From Eledone cirrhosa (lineage: Eukaryota), in assembly GCA_964016885.1 (NCBI GenBank), contig OZ024761.1, positions 16,554,001-16,618,000 on the forward strand: DNA of 64,000 nucleotides, read 5' to 3'. Below the pieces are notes generated by a model. That model was not told the DNA's origin, did no database searches, and worked only from the letters and a program-made list of their open reading frames with translations. A program made the translations under genes and the position numbers. How positions within the stretch are numbered: the stretch's first letter is position 1; each line of letters opens with the position of its first letter. Below, in pieces: positions 27,037 through 40,689 of the stretch.

Positions 27037-29245
27037 ACCACCAACAACAATATCCCACACCACCACCACCCAACAATATCCCACACCACCACCACACCAA
27101 CAACATCCCACACCACCACCCACACCAACAATATCCCACACTACCACCACCACCAACAATATCCCACACCACCACCCACACCAACAATATCCCACACCAC
27201 CACCACCACCCAACAATATCCCACACCACCACCACCACCACCCAACAATATCCCACACCACCACCACACCAACAACAATATCCCACACCACCACCACCAC
27301 CACCACCACCAACTATATCCCACACCACCACCACCCAACAATATCCCACACCACCACCACCACCACCAACAATATCCCACACCACCACCACCACCACCAA
27401 CTATATCCCACACCACCACCACCCATCAACAACAATATCCCACACCACCACCACCACCAAAAATATCCCACACCACCACCACCATCAACAACAATATCCC
27501 ACACCACCACCACAATCAACAACAATATCCCACACCACCACCACCACCACCACCAACAATATCCCACACCACCACCACCACCAACAACAATATCCCACAC
27601 CACCACCACCCAACAATATCCCACACCACCACCACCACCACCACCAACAACAATATCCCACACCACCACCACCACCACCACCAACAACAATATCCCACAC
27701 CACCACCACCACCACCAACAATATCCCACACCACCACCACCACCAACAACAATATCCCACACCACCACCACCACCAACAATATCCCACACCACCACCACC
27801 ACCACCAACAATATCCCACACCACCACCCAACAACAATATCCCACACCACCACCACCACCACCAACAATATCCCACACCACCACCACCACCAACAATATC
27901 CCACACCACCACCACCAACAACAATATCCCACACCACCACCACCACCACCAACAATATCCCACACCACCACCACCACCACCAACAATATCCCACACCACC
28001 ACCACCACCAACAATATCCCACACCACCACCCAACAACAATATCCCACACCACCACCACCACCACCAACAATATCCCACACCACCACCACCACCACCAAC
28101 AATATCCCACACCACCACCACCAACAACAATATCCCACACCACCACCACCACCAACAACAATATCCCACACCACCACCACCACCAACAATATCCCACACC
28201 ACCACCACCACCACCAACAATATCCCACACCACCACCACCAACAACAATATCCCACACCACCACCACCAACAACAATATCCCACACCACCACCACCAACA
28301 ACAATATCCCACACCACCACCACCAACAACAATATCCCACACCACCACCACCACCACCAACAATATCCCACACCACCACCACCAACAACAATATCCCACA
28401 CCACCACCACCAACAACAATATCCCACACCACCACCACCAACAACAATATCCCACACCACCACCACCACCAACAATATCCCACACCACCACCACCACCAC
28501 CAACAATATCCCACACCACCACCACCAACAACAATATCCCACACCACCACCACCACCAACAACAATATCCCACACCACCACCACCACCAACAATATCCCA
28601 CACCACCACCACCACCACCAACAATATCCCACACCACCACCACCAACAACAATATCCCACACCACCACCACCAACAACAATATCCCACACCACCACCACC
28701 AACAACAATATCCCACACCACCACCACCACCACCAACAATATCCCACACCACCACCACCACCACCAACAATATCCCACACCACCACCACCACCAACAATA
28801 TCCCACACCACCACCACCACCAACAATATCCCACACCACCACCACCACCAACAATATCCCACACCACCACCACCACCAACAACAATATCCCACACCACCA
28901 CCACCACCACCAACAATATCCCACACCACCACCACCACCACCAACAATATCCCACACCACCACCCAACAACAATATCCCACACCACCACCACCACCAACA
29001 ACAATTTCCCACACCACCACCACCACCAACAATATCCCACACCACCACCACCACCAACAATATCCCACACCACCACCACCAACAACAATATCCCACACCA
29101 CCACCAACAATATCCCACACCACCACCACCAACAACAATATCCCACACCACCACCACCACCACCAACAATATCCCACACCACCACCACCAACAACAATAT
29201 CCCACACCACCACCACCACCACCACTATCAACAACAACAACAACT
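26880..29245. repeat. Variable-length minisatellite CAACAATATCCCACA(CCA)n
   Basis: Dozens of units with a fixed core and variable CCA/CAA counts; source of the spurious W/V/G ORFs. Confidence 0.95.
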
Positions 29246-29309
29246 CTACGGTAGAGGCATAGCCGAGGGTCTACGGTGCTGGAGCTACGATCGCAATGCC
29301 ATGGCTTCG

Positions 29310-32300
29310 ATTCCTAGCCTGGGTGGTGTGGTGCGTGACAAATCGTGGTCTAGTAGTAAGGGTGTTGTTGTTGGCCTTAGGATCGGATGTTATGAGTTCA
29401 ATTCCTAGCCTGGGTGGTGTGGTGCGTGACAAATCGTGGTCTAGTAGTAAGGGTGTTGTTGTTGGCCTTAGGATCGGATGTTATGAGTTCAATTCCTAGC
29501 CTGGGTGGTGTGGTGCGTGACAAATCGTGGTCTAGTAGTAAGGGTGTTGTTGTTGGCCTTAGGATCGGATGTTATGAGTTCAATTCCTAGCCTGGGTGGT
29601 GTGGTGCGTGACAAATCGTGGTCTAGTAGTAAGGGTGTTGTTGTTGGCCTTAGGATCGGATGTTATGAGTTCAATTCCTAGCCTGGGTGGTGTGGTGCGT
29701 GACAAATCGTGGTCTAGTAGTAAGGGTGTTGTTGTTGGCCTTAGGATCGGATGTTATGAGTTCAATTCCTAGCCTGGGTGGTGTGGTGCGTGACAAATCG
29801 TGGTCTAGTAGTAAGGGTGTTGTTGTTGGCCTTAGGATCGGATGTTATGAGTTCAATTCCTAGCCTGGGTGGTGTGGTGCGTGACAAATCGTGGTCTAGT
29901 AGTAAGGGTGTTGTTGTTGGCCTTAGGATCGGATGTTATGAGTTCAATTCCTAGCCTGGGTGGTGTGGTGCGTGACAAATCGTGGTCTAGTAGTAAGGGT
30001 GTTGTTGTTGGCCTTAGGATCGGATGTTATGAGTTCAATTCCTAGCCTGGGTGGTGTGGTGCGTGACAAATCGTGGTCTAGTAGTAAGGGTGTTGTTGTT
30101 GGCCTTAGGATCGGATGTTATGAGTTCAATTCCTAGCCTGGGTGGTGTGGTGCGTGACAAATCGTGGTCTAGTAGTAAGGGTGTTGTTGTTGGCCTTAGG
30201 ATCGGATGTTATGAGTTCAATTCCTAGCCTGGGTGGTGTGGTGCGTGACAAATCGTGGTCTAGTAGTAAGGGTGTTGTTGTTGGCCTTAGGATCGGATGT
30301 TATGAGTTCAATTCCTAGCCTGGGTGGTGTGGTGCGTGACAAATCGTGGTCTAGTAGTAAGGGTGTTGTTGTTGGCCTTAGGATCGGATGTTATGAGTTC
30401 AATTCCTAGCCTGGGTGGTGTGGTGCGTGACAAATCGTGGTCTAGTAGTAAGGGTGTTGTTGTTGGCCTTAGGATCGGATGTTATGAGTTCAATTCCTAG
30501 CCTGGGTGGTGTGGTGCGTGACAAATCGTGGTCTAGTAGTAAGGGTGTTGTTGTTGGCCTTAGGATCGGATGTTATGAGTTCAATTCCTAGCCTGGGTGG
30601 TGTGGTGCGTGACAAATCGTGGTCTAGTAGTAAGGGTGTTGTTGTTGGCCTTAGGATCGGATGTTATGAGTTCAATTCCTAGCCTGGGTGGTGTGGTGCG
30701 TGACAAATCGTGGTCTAGTAGTAAGGGTGTTGTTGTTGGCCTTAGGATCGGATGTTATGAGTTCAATTCCTAGCCTGGATGGTGTGGTGCGTGACAAATC
30801 GTGGTCTAGTAGTAAGGGTGTTGTTGTTGGCCTTAGGATCGGATGTTATGAGTTCAATTCCTAGCCTGGGTGGTGTGGTGCGTGACAAATCGTGGTCTAG
30901 TAGTAAGGGTGTTGTTGTTGGCCTTAGGATCGGATGTTATGAGTTCAATTCCTAGCCTGGATGGTGTGGTGCGTGACAAATCGTGGTCTAGTAGTAAGGG
31001 TGTTGTTGTTGGCCTTAGGATCGGATGTTATGAGTTCAATTCCTAGCCTGGGTGGTGTGGTGCGTGACAAATCGTGGTCTAGTAGTAAGGGTGTTGTTGT
31101 TGGCCTTAGGATCGGATGTTATGAGTTCAATTCCTAGCCTGGATGGTGTGGTGCGTGACAAATCGTGGTCTAGTAGTAAGGGTGTTGTTGTTGGCCTTAG
31201 GATCGGATGTTATGAGTTCAATTCCTAGCCTGGATGGTGTGGTGCGTGACAAATCGTGGTCTAGTAGTAAGGGTGTTGTTGTTGGCCTTAGGATCGGATG
31301 TTATGAGTTCAATTCCTAGCCTGGGTGGTGTGGTGCGTGACAAATCGTGGTCTAGTAGTAAGGGTGTTGTTGTTGGCCTTAGGATCGGATGTTATGAGTT
31401 CAATTCCTAGCCTGGGTGGTGTGGTGCGTGACAAATCGTGGTCTAGTAGTAAGGGTGTTGTTGTTGGCCTTAGGATCGGATGTTATGAGTTCAATTCCTA
31501 GCCTGGATGGTGTGGTGCGTGACAAATCGTGGTCTAGTAGTAAGGGTGTTGTTGTTGGCCTTAGGATCGGATGTTATGAGTTCAATTCCTAGCCTGGATG
31601 GTGTGGTGCGTGACAAATCGTGGTCTAGTAGTAAGGGTGTTGTTGTTGGCCTTAGGATCGGATGTTATGAGTTCAATTCCTAGCCTGGGTGGTGTGGTGC
31701 GTGACAAATCGTGGTCTAGTAGTAAGGGTGTTGTTGTTGGCCTTAGGATCGGATGTTATGAGTTCAATTCCTAGCCTGGGTGGTGTGGTGCGTGACAAAT
31801 CGTGGTCTAGTAGTAAGGGTGTTGTTGTTGGCCTTAGGATCGGATGTTATGAGTTCAATTCCTAGCCTGGATGGTGTGGTGCGTGACAAATCGTGGTCTA
31901 GTAGTAAGGGTGTTGTTGTTGGCCTTAGGATCGGATGTTATGAGTTCAATTCCTAGACTGGGTGGTGTGGTGCGTGACAAATCGTGGTCTAGTAGTAAGG
32001 GTGTTGTTGTTGGCCTTAGGATCGGATGTTATGAGTTCAATTCCTAGCCTGGGTGGTGTGGTGCGTGACAAATCGTGGTCTAGTAGTAAGGGTGTTGTTG
32101 TTGGCCTTAGGATCGGATGTTATGAGTTCAATTCCTAGCCTGGGTGGTGTGGTGCGTGACAAATCGTGGTCTAGTAGTAAGGGTGTTGTTGTTGGCCTTA
32201 GGATCGGATGTTATGAGTTCAATTCCTAGCCTGGGTGGTGTGGTGCGTGACAAATCGTGGTTTAGTAGTAAGGGTGTTGTTGTTGGCTTTAGGATCGGAT

Positions 32301-32960
32301 GTTATGAGTTCAATTCCTAGCCTGGGTGGTGTGGTGCGTGACAAATCGTGGTCTAGTAGTAAGGGTGTTGTTGTTGGCCTTAGGATCGGATGTTATGAGT
32401 TCAATTCCTAGCCTGGGTGGTGTGGTGCGTGACAAATCGTGGTCTAGTAGTAAGGGTGTTGTTGTTGGCCTTAGGATCGGATGTTATGAGTTCAATTCCT
32501 AGCCTGGGTGGTGTGGTGCGTGACAAATCGTGGTTTAGTAGTAAGGGTGTTGTTGTTGGCTTTAGGATCGGATGTTATGAGTTCAATTCCTAGCCTGGGT
32601 GGTGTGGTGCGTGACAAATCGTGGTCTAGTAGTAAGGGTGTTGTTGTTGGCCTTAGGATCGGATGTTATGAGTTCAATTCCTAGACTGGGTGGTGTGGTG
32701 CGTGACAAATCGTGGTCTAGTAGTAAGGGTGTTGTTGTTGGCCTTAGGATCGGATGTTATGAGTTCAATTCCTAGACTGGGTGGTGTGGTGCGTGACAAA
32801 TCGTGGTCTAGTAGTAAGGGTGTTGTTGTTGGCCTTAGGATCGGATGTTATGAGTTCAATTCCTAGCCTGGGTGGTGTGGTGCGTGACAAATCGTGGTCT
32901 AGTAGTAAGGGTGTTGTTGTTGGCCTTAGGATCGGATGTTATGAGTTCAATTCCTAGACT
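29310..32960 (+). repeat. 91-bp tandem satellite, 40 units, derived from a tRNA-like SINE head
   Basis: Period 91 (29401, 29492, 29583...); each unit has A-box-like TGGTCTAGTAGTAAGG and B-box GAGTTCAATTCC; the last unit runs into a SINE body. Confidence 0.95.
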
Positions 32961-33175
32961 GGGTTGTGCGTTGTGTTCATGAGCAAAACACTTCAGTTCA
33001 CGTCGCTCCTGTATACTCAACTGAAAATGAGTACCAGTAATAGCTGTGGGTTTAATTTAACTCTGATGGACGGCCATCTTGTCCAGGCAGCAGTCTTGTA
33101 CTCTCACTCCCTTCATGTGACAAAAGTAGGATAAGCACTGGTCCGATGTGCCTCCAGGCATGAAACAGACAGACT
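32961..33175 (+). mobile_element. SINE body continuing from the last 91-bp unit
   Basis: TTGTGTTCATGAGCAAAACACTT...CTCAACTGAAAATGAGT is homologous to the SINE at 4177-4310 (TTGTTTCCTTGAGCAAGACACTT...CTCAGCTGTAGAAATGAG). Confidence 0.75.
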
Positions 33176-33339
33176 TTTTACACCCACATATACACCACCC
33201 CAATCGCACCCCCACATCACACACTACTCCACCACAGTACACAGAGACTTTCTAGTTATAATCAACCCTCTCTAGGATTGTAAAAAAAAAATAGCGGGGG
33301 GGGGGGGGGAACAGGGCTGTTGAAGGGGTGTCAGGTAGA

Positions 33340-33357
33340 ACATGTATAGATACATAT

Positions 33358-33426
<69 letters not shown>

Positions 33427-33459
33427 TACATACATCTATACAGACATATAGATACATAT

Positions 33460-33494
<35 letters not shown>

Positions 33495-33611
33495 CACACA
33501 CACACATACATACATCTATACAGACACATAGATACATATACACACACACACACATATATATATTTATACACACACACATACATACATCTATACAGACATA
33601 TAGATACATAT

Positions 33612-33670
<59 letters not shown>

Positions 33671-33703
33671 TACATACATCTATACAGACATATAGATACA
33701 TAT

Positions 33704-33738
<35 letters not shown>

Positions 33739-33859
33739 CACACACACACATACATACATCTATACAGACACATAGATACATATACACACACACACACATA
33801 TATATATTTATACACACACACACACATACATACATCTATACAGACATATAGATACATAT

Positions 33860-33918
<59 letters not shown>

Positions 33919-34195
33919 TACATACATCTATACAGACATATAGATACATATGCACACACACACATATATATATATATATACATACACACACACACACATA
34001 CATACACCTATACAGAAATACACCTCCCACACATTTATCCTTCTCTATATATATATGTGTGTGTGTGTGCTTCTGTGTGTCTGTGTGCATGTGTGAGTGT
34101 ATATATACACAAACTCATACATATACTCATGTACATATACATATATATATATATATACACACACACAAATGTGTACATGTACAAGTATATATTGC

Positions 34196-34237
<42 letters not shown>

Positions 34238-34730
34238 ACACACAAATATGTAGATGTACATGTTTACATGTGTGTGCGTGTGTGAGTGTATATATATACA
34301 CAAACTCATAAATGTGTACATATATATATATATATACACACACAAATGTGTACATGTACAAATATATATATATATATAGATATTTATACACACACAAATG
34401 TGTGCATGTACATATATATATATGTGTGTGTGTATGTATATATATATACACAAACTCATAAATGTGTTCATATATATATATATATACATACACAAATGTG
34501 TACCTGTACATATATATATATGTGTGTGCGTGTGTGTATATATATATATATATATATACATACACAAATGTGTACCTGTACATATATATATGTGTGTGTG
34601 TATGTATATATATATACACAAACTCATAAATGTGTTCATATATATATATATACATACACAAATGTGTACATGTACATATATATATATATATGTGTGTATA
34701 TGTATACCCAAACTCATAAATGTGTACATG

Positions 34731-34766
<36 letters not shown>

Positions 34767-34833
34767 CACAAATGTGTACCTGTACATATATATATATATG
34801 TGTGTATGTATATATATATACCCAAACTCATAA

Positions 34834-34864
<31 letters not shown>

Positions 34865-34882
34865 CATACACAAATGTGTACA

Positions 34883-34955
<73 letters not shown>

Positions 34956-35010
34956 ACACATACACAAATGTGTACCTGTACATATATATATATGTGTGTG
35001 TGTGTGTGTA
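33340..35010. repeat. Compound (CA)n/(TA)n minisatellites
   Basis: Repeating CATACATACATCTATACAGACATATAGATAC and CACAAATGTGTACATGTAC cores separated by (TA)n. Confidence 0.9.
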
Positions 35011-35151
35011 TGTATGTTGACATTTCAACACCAGCTGTAAGCAACATTCTGTCGACAGTCAGTTTATCAGACAACCAAACAGTTCTGTAATTCATTACAG
35101 TTTGGTGTGGCTGCAGCAATACCTTCACACATACAGACACACACACACACA

Positions 35152-36016
35152 TATCTATCTATCTAAGGCGCGTAAAATTCCCGAGATCCATGGACGAGTT
35201 CTCTCCAGCGGTCTCTGTCCCTCATTATCGCTGCCATGTCCTGCATCTCCAACAGACCAGTGTCTGTCCTTAGGGCATCAACATACATTAACCTTGGTCT
35301 TCCTCTTCTAGTGTGTCCATGTAGGGCTCCCAAAGGAGTACTGAGTGCAATGTCAACTCTGGATGTCGGTGAGCATGTCCAGCTAACCTCAGTCTCCTCT
35401 GTGTCACTTTTGAGCTGACTTTTGGGATGCTCCCATACACCTCTGAGTTTTTCATCCTCAGTGTACACTGATTAATGTTCAGAGCCATCCTCAGCATTCT
35501 CGTGTAGCACCCATCCACTATCTGAGTGAGTTTCTTGGTCAGTGTCCAAGTCTCAGACCCATACAGCAGCACAGACTCCACTACAGCAATGAAGAGGCGG
35601 ACCTTCAGGTCTCTACGAAGGTCCGACTTCCACACCGATCTCAAGCTGTGGCACGCCGCCCAGGCCTTGCTCTTCCTCTCAACCACATCATCTTCCGTAT
35701 TCCCAATCTTTGCTCCCAAATACAGGAAGTCCTCAACCAATTCCAGCGGCTTCCCGCCTACATTAGTGATCCCCTCTGGCTTCTCAACATTCTCTACCAG
35801 ATATTTTGTTTTAGTCTCATTCATTCTCAGCCCCACACTCATCGACACAGTCTCAACCTCCCGCATCAAATCCTCTGCCTCCTTCACTGTATTTGTCACC
35901 AAAACTATGTCGTCGGCAAATTCAGCATCCGATACCTTTTTCGCCCTAACTCTCCTGCTCTGAGCCGGTGCTACAGTAAAGCCAGAGTCCTGGTATTTCT
36001 CCAGTGCACTACGATG

Positions 36017-36018
<2 letters not shown>
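35152..36018 (-). mobile_element. 5'-truncated non-LTR retrotransposon (RTE-like), RT C-terminal half
   Basis: EFADDIVL catalytic motif, GLRMNETKTK, FLYLG, SVLLYGSETW, RRLRLAGH, GRPRL; frameshift near 35330; (TAGA)n tail. Confidence 0.9.
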
Positions 36019-36051
<33 letters not shown>

Positions 36052-36452
36052 ATAATAATAAATTTGAAGACTAAAATCCAAAGAGGGCTCAATAAGGATA
36101 AATATATATCAAATATATAAGAACCGTAGAGCAAATATTTATTAAAATAACAGATTAAAGTTTAAGCAAAGAATCGCTGCTTTCACCCTTAACGGGATCT
36201 TCTGAAACTAACAAAGGACTTTCTTAGTTTCAGAAGATCCCGTTAAGGGTGAAAGCAGCAATTCTTTGCTTAAACTTTAATCTGTTATTTTAATAAATAT
36301 ATATATATATATATATATAGACACACTCAAACACATATATATATAGATATATACAGACACATACATATATATATATATATATATAAAATTCATTTATATG
36401 ATATATTTATATAAATACACACACACACAGATATATGTATATATTTATATAC

Positions 36453-36495
<43 letters not shown>

Positions 36496-36785
36496 ACACT
36501 GTAAATGTGGTTGGTGTTAGGAAGGGCATCCAACTGTAGAAAACCCGCCAGACAGTCCTATGCGAGCAAGACAACCACTCTTGCCTCAAGTGGGAAAACC
36601 CCCGTCCAAACCCATGCAAGCGTGGAACACGGACGCTAAACCTGATGATGATGATGATGATGATGATATACATATATATAAAATAAAGAAGGTGTGGTAA
36701 GATACCAAGTGCATCTGGGTACTCAGTTCGTCGGATCTAGCTGTTGAAATGGCCACAGCTAACCCGTCGGGGTCCTGACTATTTT

Positions 36786-36837
<52 letters not shown>

Positions 36838-37073
36838 AAGTAATTCCGTCGGAAAGGTCCAGGAAAAAAGGGTGCTCTATGTAGGTTACAGAGCTTAATA
36901 GTTATGTAATAAACAACATAAGATAATTATTTCATTTACTAGTGCTTTCTTGAAAGCAAACAAAATTTGCTTTCAGTCATCAGATTTTTTCATTCTGATG
37001 ACTGAAAGCAAATTTTGTTTGCTTTCAAGAAACCACTGGTAAATGAAATAATTATCTTATGTTGTTTATTACA

Positions 37074-37111
<38 letters not shown>

Positions 37112-37207
37112 TATATATATATAGTATATTTACCTCTATAATTGCATATTGAGGATTCTTTCTCTATTGATTACAACCACACATTCAAGCAACTATATAT
37201 CTATATA

Positions 37208-37253
<46 letters not shown>

Positions 37254-37256
<3 letters not shown>

Positions 37257-37345
37257 GGTGTCCCCCAAAATTGCATACACACTTCAACAGCATTCTAATA
37301 AATATTGCCTGTGCAGGTAATCAAAGTGTGTATATATTTGGTGGC

Positions 37346-37379
<34 letters not shown>

Positions 37380-37411
37380 GTGTGTGTGCATATATTTTTG
37401 GGGACACCCTG
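37254..37411. mobile_element. Tc1/mariner-type MITE
   Basis: TIR CAGGGTGTCCCC(C)AAAA at both ends; related copy at 56812-56908. Confidence 0.8.
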
Positions 37412-39749
37412 TATGTGTGTGTGTGCATATATATATATATATATACATACATATATATATATGTGTGTGTAGAGAGAGTGAGAGAGAGATAATATATTTA
37501 GATATAGAACAGACCTCAGATCATTGAAGCTCACGGTGGAGATGACGAGGGACCGTGACGAGTGGAGAGATGCTGTGCTGAATAAGACCCGTCCCACCCT
37601 TGCAAGCAGGGAAAAGCGGACGTAAAATGATGATGATGATGATGATGATTGTGTGTGTATATATATATATAAATATATCATCATCATCATCATTTTTCAC
37701 ACTAGCATGGGTTAGAAGGGTTGTCTCATTTGAATCAGGTCATATGACCATATCTTTCTCATACAGAACTGATTTTGGCTTGGTTTCTATGGCTGGATGC
37801 CCTTTCTAATGCCAATGCATAGATATCATATTTGCTGACAGAAGAATTAATGATAATGGATGTTTACATGTGAGGGTGTATGTGTCTGTATCTCTATGCA
37901 TTTATATGCATATGTGTGTGTTTGGGGGGGGGGTCTATCTCTGTGTGTCTGTATGTCTAAGCATCTATACAAGTGTATGACTGCATGTGTGTGTGTGTGT
38001 GTATTCCTCTATCTTTCTGAGCCTGTATGTGTCTATGTTTATCTATCTATATGAAGATAGCGTCGTAGTAAGTGTGATAGTGATGGTGGCTGTGGAAAGA
38101 AGACATAATCTTCAGAAACTTCAACACCTAACTTTTCTTCGTCATTAACACCATCCTCACTACTACCAAAATGCCTACCTATATTTTACCCACCATCACC
38201 ACCAACACTATCCATATTATAACCACCACCACCATGCTTACTTCTATTATATCCATCATCACCACCACCACATTCCTCACAGCCAACTGCCCCATCAAAT
38301 TTTACTAGAAACATCTGAATCAAAATCCACGGGAGGTAACTTGTCCCAAATTCAAGGGAAGCAATCGCGCAAACAATTCAATTATTTTATTCATTACTAG
38401 TTTTTTTACAAGAATTTGTTATATAAATGTTAATAGGTGATATGTTAAATATAGTATATTCATAAATTGATTCTCTGATACAAATTATATCAATATCTCA
38501 GAGAATATTATTTTGAATAATCACTATCATTCAACTCCAGTAAAATTTGAACTACCTCCATATATAGGTATAAACAAAATAACGGAATACATCGAAATTA
38601 AATGAATGATTTTAAATTGTTGTTGTTTTAATTTATTTATAGTTCTTGAAGACTAGTTTATTCATTTTTCAATCAATATAAATGTTCAATAAAACATGAT
38701 TTTGTTACAGAAGAAAATATTATTTTTAAATATTAAAAAAAAAATCTATTTATAACGATCGAAGTCTAGTTCAATTTTTTTCAATCACTATAAAACATCG
38801 AAGTTAAACGAATGAGTTTAAAGTTGTTGTTTTAATTTAGTTATAGACATTGATGACTAATTCATGTTTTTCAATCAGTATAAATATTTAATAAAATATT
38901 TTGTTACAGAAAAATATTATTTTTAAATATAAAAAAAAATTACTTTATTTATAATGACCGAAGTTTAGTTTAATTTTTTCAATCAATATACATGTCTAAT
39001 AAATTACTATTTTATCGCAGAAAGAAATATAAAAAAAACAACAACAAACTTTTGGAGGGTTTTTCTAACGTGATTACATTCATATCTATGGAGGTTATCG
39101 TATGCTACTTCTCCCCTTTATGATAAACCGGAGGAAATTCCTACAGTTAAATAATAACATCAATTAAAGTTGCTAAGTATGGTGTTTCAAGTTCTTGTTT
39201 TGTTTTTTGTTGATTTAGACAACATTATCGTCGTTCTGTATTCATTTTTGACGATCTATCTGCGTTATTCTTTTCATACATTTAATGTTTAAACTTATGG
39301 TGGCTTGAGGATTTCTTAAAACGCCGTGTACATATAAACGCAATTTATATAATGAGTGTAATTTACATTAAAATCTAAACATAATTTATATAATATGATG
39401 TATATATAAACATAATTCGTAGGCCTGGAGTTGGCAGAGTCGCTAGAAGGTCAGATAGAATGCTTTGCAAGTATTTCTTCTAACCCCGTCGAGTTTGCCT
39501 GTCACCCTATATAGGCCGATTTTCTAAAAAGTACAGTACCTGGATCGATTCTTTCTCATTAATTCTCTGGATGAAATCTCCCATGTTCAGATATTTCTTT
39601 CCAGTACCTTTCTGTGGTGTTCCTTACTAGAGAGGGGATGGGTCCCACCAGCTTTTTAAAATGTCCTAAGAAACACCTATATGTCACTAAGACACTCGTA
39701 CGAATCTATCAGGAGTTACGGGTACATGTATACATACATATATATATAT

Positions 39750-40322
39750 AATAATAATAATAATGAAATTATTGTGTAAAGTGCTCAGGTGCACTACAAC
39801 TCGTCAATATAGTACATAGAATAATACACAAATGTCAGGGAAGTACATGTGTGTATGTGTTAGCTGTTCTGTTGGCGGATCTCGGGAAGCATGGAGGCCT
39901 TAAAGGATGCAGTGTCTCGACAGCTAACAACTGATGCAGGTAGTTTGTTCCATGCTTCAGCAACTCGGAGCGTGAAAAAATGTTTCCGAAAGTCATGGGA
40001 ACTGTGCTGTTTTCTTACTTTGTGGGCATGTCCACGTGTGTTAGACACATGGAAATCGAAAAGGTACTCAGGGTTGTTGTTGGCAACATGGTTAACAATT
40101 TTGTGGGTGTTTACCAAGTCAGTTGCCAGGCATCGGAGCTTCAATGAATCCATGCCCAGGGAAGCAAGGCGCTCAGAGTATGGTAGATGCCTGATGGAGG
40201 GTATTCGCTTGGTTGCACGTCTCTGAACAGTTTCCAGGCGGTCAATGTCCTGAACAAGATAGGGGTTCCAGACTGGTGATGCAAATTCTAAGTGTGGTCG
40301 CACCATAGCTGTATACAGCCTT
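39750..40322 (-). mobile_element. CR1/L2-clade LINE 3' fragment
   Basis: LYTAMVRPHLEFASPVWNP...LETVQRRATK...FFTLRVAEAWNKLP is a typical CR1 ORF2 C-terminus; (TAT)n tail. Confidence 0.9.
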
Positions 40323-40689
40323 AAATAGATATATATGTATACATGCATAGACACACATACATACATCATACGTACACACACACATCATACATACACACAG
40401 ACATACATACATGAACAAAATTTATATACTGAATGTGACGAACAGCTAGTTCATCACATGTAGCTAGTTATGGCCAGTTTGAACAGAAAGAGGTGAGAGA
40501 ATTCTGTGGCCAGATATGGCTGGTTTAAAGTAATTAAATGATATTTTAATTTAGGGCTAACGACAACAACAACAGTAGATGATGGTGAATATTTCATAAT
40601 TAAATGTTTGTTGTATCTTTTCTTCTTTAGATTCAACAGTTTGAAATCTCTGCCAACATCTGTCAGTGTTGACTTTTGAATTAATAACC

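Noticed and set aside
27313-29243. 570-630-aa W/V/G/C-rich ORFs
   Set aside because: Open in all three minus frames because the minisatellite lacks stop codons.
29340-29415. tRNA gene array
   Set aside because: A/B boxes are present but no convincing acceptor or anticodon stems; it is continuous with a SINE body.
20802-32960. CRISPR-like appearance of the 79- and 91-bp arrays
   Set aside because: Units repeat head-to-tail without unique spacers, there are no cas genes, and the context is eukaryotic.
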